A DNA stretch of 64,000 nucleotides from a virus (lineage: Duplodnaviria; Caudoviricetes): positions 19,772 through 83,771 of the IMG/VR virus record IMGVR_UViG_3300010163_000016. One strand, 5' to 3'. This document shows, in pieces, positions 60,345-64,000 of this stretch. The translations under genes and the position numbers were made by a program. Each line of letters opens with the position of its first letter. Position 1 is the stretch's first letter. Below the pieces are notes generated by a model that ran no database searches, was not told the origin of the DNA, and was given only the letters and a program-made list of their open reading frames with translations.

Positions 60345-63128
60345 TTATTTGTTATTCAGCTCGCAGAAGCGCATGAGCATGGCGGCTACCTGGGCCCTCG
60401 TGGCGCTCTGCTGGGGCAAGATCGCACTGCCGCTGCCGCTGATGATGCCCGTGCTCACCGCCCAGGCCATAGCCTCCTGTGCCCAATCGCTGACGGCTTC
60501 GCCGTCGATAAACTGCCCCAGCTTCGCCAGCTCAGAGAGGCCCACGGCGGGGCTGCCCGCATAGCGGTACAGCATGACCGCCAGCTCCTCGCGAGTGATG
60601 GAGCCATTGGGGTTCGTGCCGTCGGACACGCCGCTGGACATCGCCCAGGACTGGGACAGGCTGTACCAGGGCTCGCCGCCGTCCACCTTCGCGCCGCTCA
60701 TCCGGCCCAGAATCGTCCATACCATGGCCCGGGTGGTGGTGGCGTTGGGGGCAAAGGTTGTGGGTGTAGTGCCGGTCATCAGCCCCTTGGCAGTCACATA
60801 GGCCACCTCGTCGTAGAACCAGTCGTTGGCGGACACGTCCACGTAGTTGACAGCAGGAACCACCGGCGTGTCAGGCTCGTCTGGGGTGTCCGGCTGGGTG
60901 GGCTTGGTGGGCTGCGTAGGAATCACGGGGATGTAGGGTGGCATGGAGTTAAACAAAGCGGTGTAGGTCTCAGCGGCGGCGGTAACGGTGATTTCAGTTT
61001 TGCCAGCCAACAGCCTGCCCGCACTGTCTACCCAGCCGGCAAACACGTCGTACCCGGCATCCTCAAGAGCGGGGAGGATGATCTTGGAACCCACAGAGGT
61101 CTTAATCTCGGTCTTGGCGCCCCTGTTATCCAGGGTCACAACAGCAGCAACAGGCTCTTCACCCTCTGCGGTTTCAGGGTACAGATCCCTTACGTCGCCG
61201 CCAAGCTTGATGGCATCCGCCACAGCTTCCGCCTTATCGGTGTAGTAGCTGTAAGGGGCATTAGAATTTTTGACCGTGCTGTACAGCTCGGCAGTCAGTT
61301 CAGGGGCCAAATAGCCCTCGTCAACAGGCGCAGAGAAGTTGCCGTCGAAAACAACAATGTTGGCACCTTGGCTCTCTACGGACACCGCAGGCGTATCCTC
61401 AGACTTCAAAGACTGGAATGAACCACCCTTGATTTGAACATCAATCAACTGCGGCGCTGGATTAGTAGCATCTTCATTGATTTCTTCCATCAGGGCATAC
61501 GCCGCGCTAAACGTACCGTCCTTAATTTCGACTTTGACGGGCAGTTTCGTGCTATGCTGCTTGATATAAATACCGCAGCTCTTTGTTGTGGAAATGGCAC
61601 CGCCAGTACCCTCTACCGTGCCAGTGCTGGTGGAGCCGGTAAAAGTACCGCCATTGATCGTCAATTCACCGGCAGCAATGTTGAAAACACTGCCATCGGC
61701 CGACTTCATCACAGCGCCTTCATCAACAGTCGTTTTTGCGTAGCCAGCAAGATATACGGAGGTATCCTTGTCACAAGAAACGGACGCGCCGGAATAAATG
61801 TGGATTTCCGGAATTGCCCCGGTTTCCGCATGAATGTTGCCGCTAACATAAATTGGCTGCACACCAGAAAGAGAGCCATAAATGTCAACCTTCACGCCAT
61901 AGCTTGTATTGGCACCGTTCGCCTCACAAATCGCAACAGGATACTGTCCGCCTGTGACAGTAACGTCCTTGCCAATTGTCAGGGATGTTTCTATTTTATT
62001 ATCTGTGCTGTGGCCGATCATGTAAAATGTGAAATAACCGCCATCAATCGTACCCGGACCGACAAGATTCAGCCCTCCGCCATTATTCACTTGGAAATAG
62101 CTTTGACCGATGAATTTGACAGTATTCCCATTCAAATTAAGGGAAATCTTTTTGCCGTTGACTATGATGGCCGACATGGAAGACGAATTTTCCAGCAGGG
62201 TCACAGTGTCGCCATTATTGGCGGCATTGATAGCATAACCAAGTGTGCTGTATTCCACTCCGTTTACAGACGCTGTGGCCTTGCTCGCATCTTTGACAAT
62301 ATTTCCGGTGGCCGGATCATACTTCAAATTTGACCCTTTGGGGAGATAGCTGGTCCCAGCGCCCTCGGGATTATCAGAAGGATCGAAGCCTACAAAGGTC
62401 CCGCCAGTAATAGCAATGGTTGCCGTTTGATCCTTGTAGCTCGCGTCAACTACATTGATAATATATTTTGCGAAGGAGGGGACAAGCGATTTTACAGTTG
62501 GTGCGAGATCAAAGGTACCGCCCTTAATGCAGAGATTTCCCTTTTGTACCTGCACCGCAGTCATTGCGCCATAAAAAGTTCCGCCTTCGATCGTTAGACT
62601 TCCGCCGTTCACATTGATCCCGTAGGAATTATTGTTCTTAGCCTCGGCGTCAATTGTCCCGTTTCCTTTGATCGTGACCGTACTCTCAATCTGAAAGAAC
62701 GCCGGAGTATGCGTTAAACTGCTATTCACCTTAGTCTGGTCCCATGTGATCGAGTAAGCGGCAAGGTCAATTGTTAAGTCCTTATCAATTGCAATGACGG
62801 ACTGTAAGTCTGTCGTTGTCGGGTCAGGAACAGCCGTAGGATCAAGCACAACATCGCCGATCAGCGTCACAGTATCGCCGCTGTTTGCGGCCGTGATAGC
62901 ATCTTGCAGAGTTGTATATTGGTTCGTGCCGATCTGGGCGACATATTCCGTCGTGGGGGTCTCCGTCTCCGCTAGGGGCGCGGGGGCGGATGTCTCAGTC
63001 CCAGTCTCGATTTCCGTTGTTACGGGAGGCTCCTGGCCCTCGGCCTCCCCTTCCGCGAGCGCCGTCATGGGCAGCAGCGTCAGCATCATCGCCAGAGTTG
63101 TCAACATCGCCAGCAATTTCCGTTTCAT
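60345..63128 (-). CDS. Secreted SLH-domain surface protein with beta-helix-like repeats
   Basis: Signal peptide 'MKRKLLAMLTTLAMMLTLLPMTALA'; 'Y.TL..AI.AA..GDTVTL' x2; I.GGTF repeats; C-terminal SLH repeats. Confidence 0.85.
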   Translation of the reverse strand: MKRKLLAMLTTLAMMLTLLPMTALAEGEAEGQEPPVTTEIETGTETSAPAPLAETETPTTEYVAQIGTNQYTTLQDAITAANSGDTVTLIGDVVLDPTAVPDPTTTDLQSVIAIDKDLTIDLAAYSITWDQTKVNSSLTHTPAFFQIESTVTIKGNGTIDAEAKNNNSYGINVNGGSLTIEGGTFYGAMTAVQVQKGNLCIKGGTFDLAPTVKSLVPSFAKYIINVVDASYKDQTATIAITGGTFVGFDPSDNPEGAGTSYLPKGSNLKYDPATGNIVKDASKATASVNGVEYSTLGYAINAANNGDTVTLLENSSSMSAIIVNGKKISLNLNGNTVKFIGQSYFQVNNGGGLNLVGPGTIDGGYFTFYMIGHSTDNKIETSLTIGKDVTVTGGQYPVAICEANGANTSYGVKVDIYGSLSGVQPIYVSGNIHAETGAIPEIHIYSGASVSCDKDTSVYLAGYAKTTVDEGAVMKSADGSVFNIAAGELTINGGTFTGSTSTGTVEGTGGAISTTKSCGIYIKQHSTKLPVKVEIKDGTFSAAYALMEEINEDATNPAPQLIDVQIKGGSFQSLKSEDTPAVSVESQGANIVVFDGNFSAPVDEGYLAPELTAELYSTVKNSNAPYSYYTDKAEAVADAIKLGGDVRDLYPETAEGEEPVAAVVTLDNRGAKTEIKTSVGSKIILPALEDAGYDVFAGWVDSAGRLLAGKTEITVTAAAETYTALFNSMPPYIPVIPTQPTKPTQPDTPDEPDTPVVPAVNYVDVSANDWFYDEVAYVTAKGLMTGTTPTTFAPNATTTRAMVWTILGRMSGAKVDGGEPWYSLSQSWAMSSGVSDGTNPNGSITREELAVMLYRYAGSPAVGLSELAKLGQFIDGEAVSDWAQEAMAWAVSTGIISGSGSAILPQQSATRAQVAAMLMRFCELNNK

Positions 63129-63226
63129 AAACTTTCCTCCTTCATTTTTTAAGACCAATTCTGTTATGTTGTACATAACAGAGCAAAAGGTTAACCTTTT
63201 GCAGCTGGCTAATATTATTTATTATA

Positions 63227-63249
63227 TCACAGAGAACCGGATCTGTATA
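63227..63249 (-). promoter_or_regulatory. Putative promoter of the SLH gene (TATACA-17-TATAAT; -10 at 63221-26)
   Basis: Read on the minus strand; extended TG present. Confidence 0.45.
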
Positions 63250-63304
63250 GATACACGCAAAATAATATAGAAAAATTTCTCGTCTTTTCAAAAGGAGTTT
63301 CAAC

Positions 63305-64000
63305 ATGAACACAGTCAAAGGCTCCACGGGGAGCGAAACCAGGCTCATCAAGGCCATCCAGAAGGCCGTTGGCGCCAATCCGGACGGCCTGATCGGGGCG
63401 CAGACCATGGCGGACATTGCCGTGGCGCTGAAGGCGGACTGCTGGCCCCTGACCATCAATCTGTACAGCCAGCCCACGATCATCTGCCGGGATATCGTCG
63501 CCTGCAACCCCAGCAAAGGGTGCAGCGGCTTTAATAACTCCATCAGCGGGTCCTTCAGCTATCAGAAAAAGCCCTGCTCCATCCTGGTGGACGGAGGGAA
63601 GACCGTATACGGGGCGGCGTGCCACGCATGGCTGGGCAAGCCGGAGAGCGTGCTGTACCGGCTGCAGAGCGGCGGCTTCGGCGTCAGACGGTGTAAAGCC
63701 TCCGCTGAGCTGCCCCAGGGTGTGCGGTGGGCCGTGGGAGGTATGGGCCTGTTGGATCTGTATAACCCGGCGGCGGAGGGGTTCAGCGGCCAGTACGCCG
63801 ATGTGCTGCGCAAGACCAATCACACCATGGTTGGCGTCAAAAACGGCATGGTCTACCTGATCTACTGCAAGTCCATGACCGCTGCCCAGGTCGACGCCCA
63901 CGCCAAAAAGCTGGGCCTGGAGCACGCCGTCATGCTGGACGGCGGCCATGTGGCGGCCATCAACGGCGCTGAGAGCTTTGCCAGGATCAACACCGGCCAG
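63305..64000 (+). CDS. Peptidoglycan-binding plus phosphodiester-glycosidase (NAGPA-like) protein, truncated by the window end
   Basis: AAAGGAG RBS; 'IQKAVGA.PDG.IG..T' PG-binding pattern; 'A.MLDGG' motif; read by hand (not in the ORF track). Confidence 0.65.
   Translation, partial: MNTVKGSTGSETRLIKAIQKAVGANPDGLIGAQTMADIAVALKADCWPLTINLYSQPTIICRDIVACNPSKGCSGFNNSISGSFSYQKKPCSILVDGGKTVYGAACHAWLGKPESVLYRLQSGGFGVRRCKASAELPQGVRWAVGGMGLLDLYNPAAEGFSGQYADVLRKTNHTMVGVKNGMVYLIYCKSMTAAQVDAHAKKLGLEHAVMLDGGHVAAINGAESFARINTGQ

Overview
The whole window reads as the middle and late part of a large SPbeta-like temperate siphophage, either a prophage or a phage contig. The host is probably a GC-rich gut clostridium such as Oscillospiraceae; this is an inference from RBS and codon style and the SLH cargo. 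From left to right: (i) a leftward cluster of small ORFs, six of which end in a shared acidic-hydrophobic tail ([LV][DS][DG]LI-stop); (ii) a type I toxin-like peptide, an MrpR/YopR-like repressor and a DinJ/YafQ-type type II TA pair; (iii) a ~750-nt highly structured non-coding leader under tandem sigma-A promoters; (iv) an AT-rich divergence zone; (v) rightward genes for a tyrosine recombinase, an SF2 helicase-like protein, a YonO-like single-subunit RNA polymerase split at its DxDGD motif by an HNH-carrying group I intron, a metallophosphoesterase, HU and a second recombinase; (vi) the head module (terminase, portal, scaffold, decoration protein, capsid), neck genes and tail genes. The tape measure gene is split by a second, 2009-nt group I intron. 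It carries no homing endonuclease but holds an antisense 503-aa membrane-anchored passenger gene between the two strands of P9.0. Three further antisense cargo cassettes sit in the tail module: a Cys-rich peptide plus DUF2806-like gene, a GH53 galactanase with SLH domains, and an SLH surface protein. All assignments come from motif reading and manual base-pairing; no database search or folding program was run.
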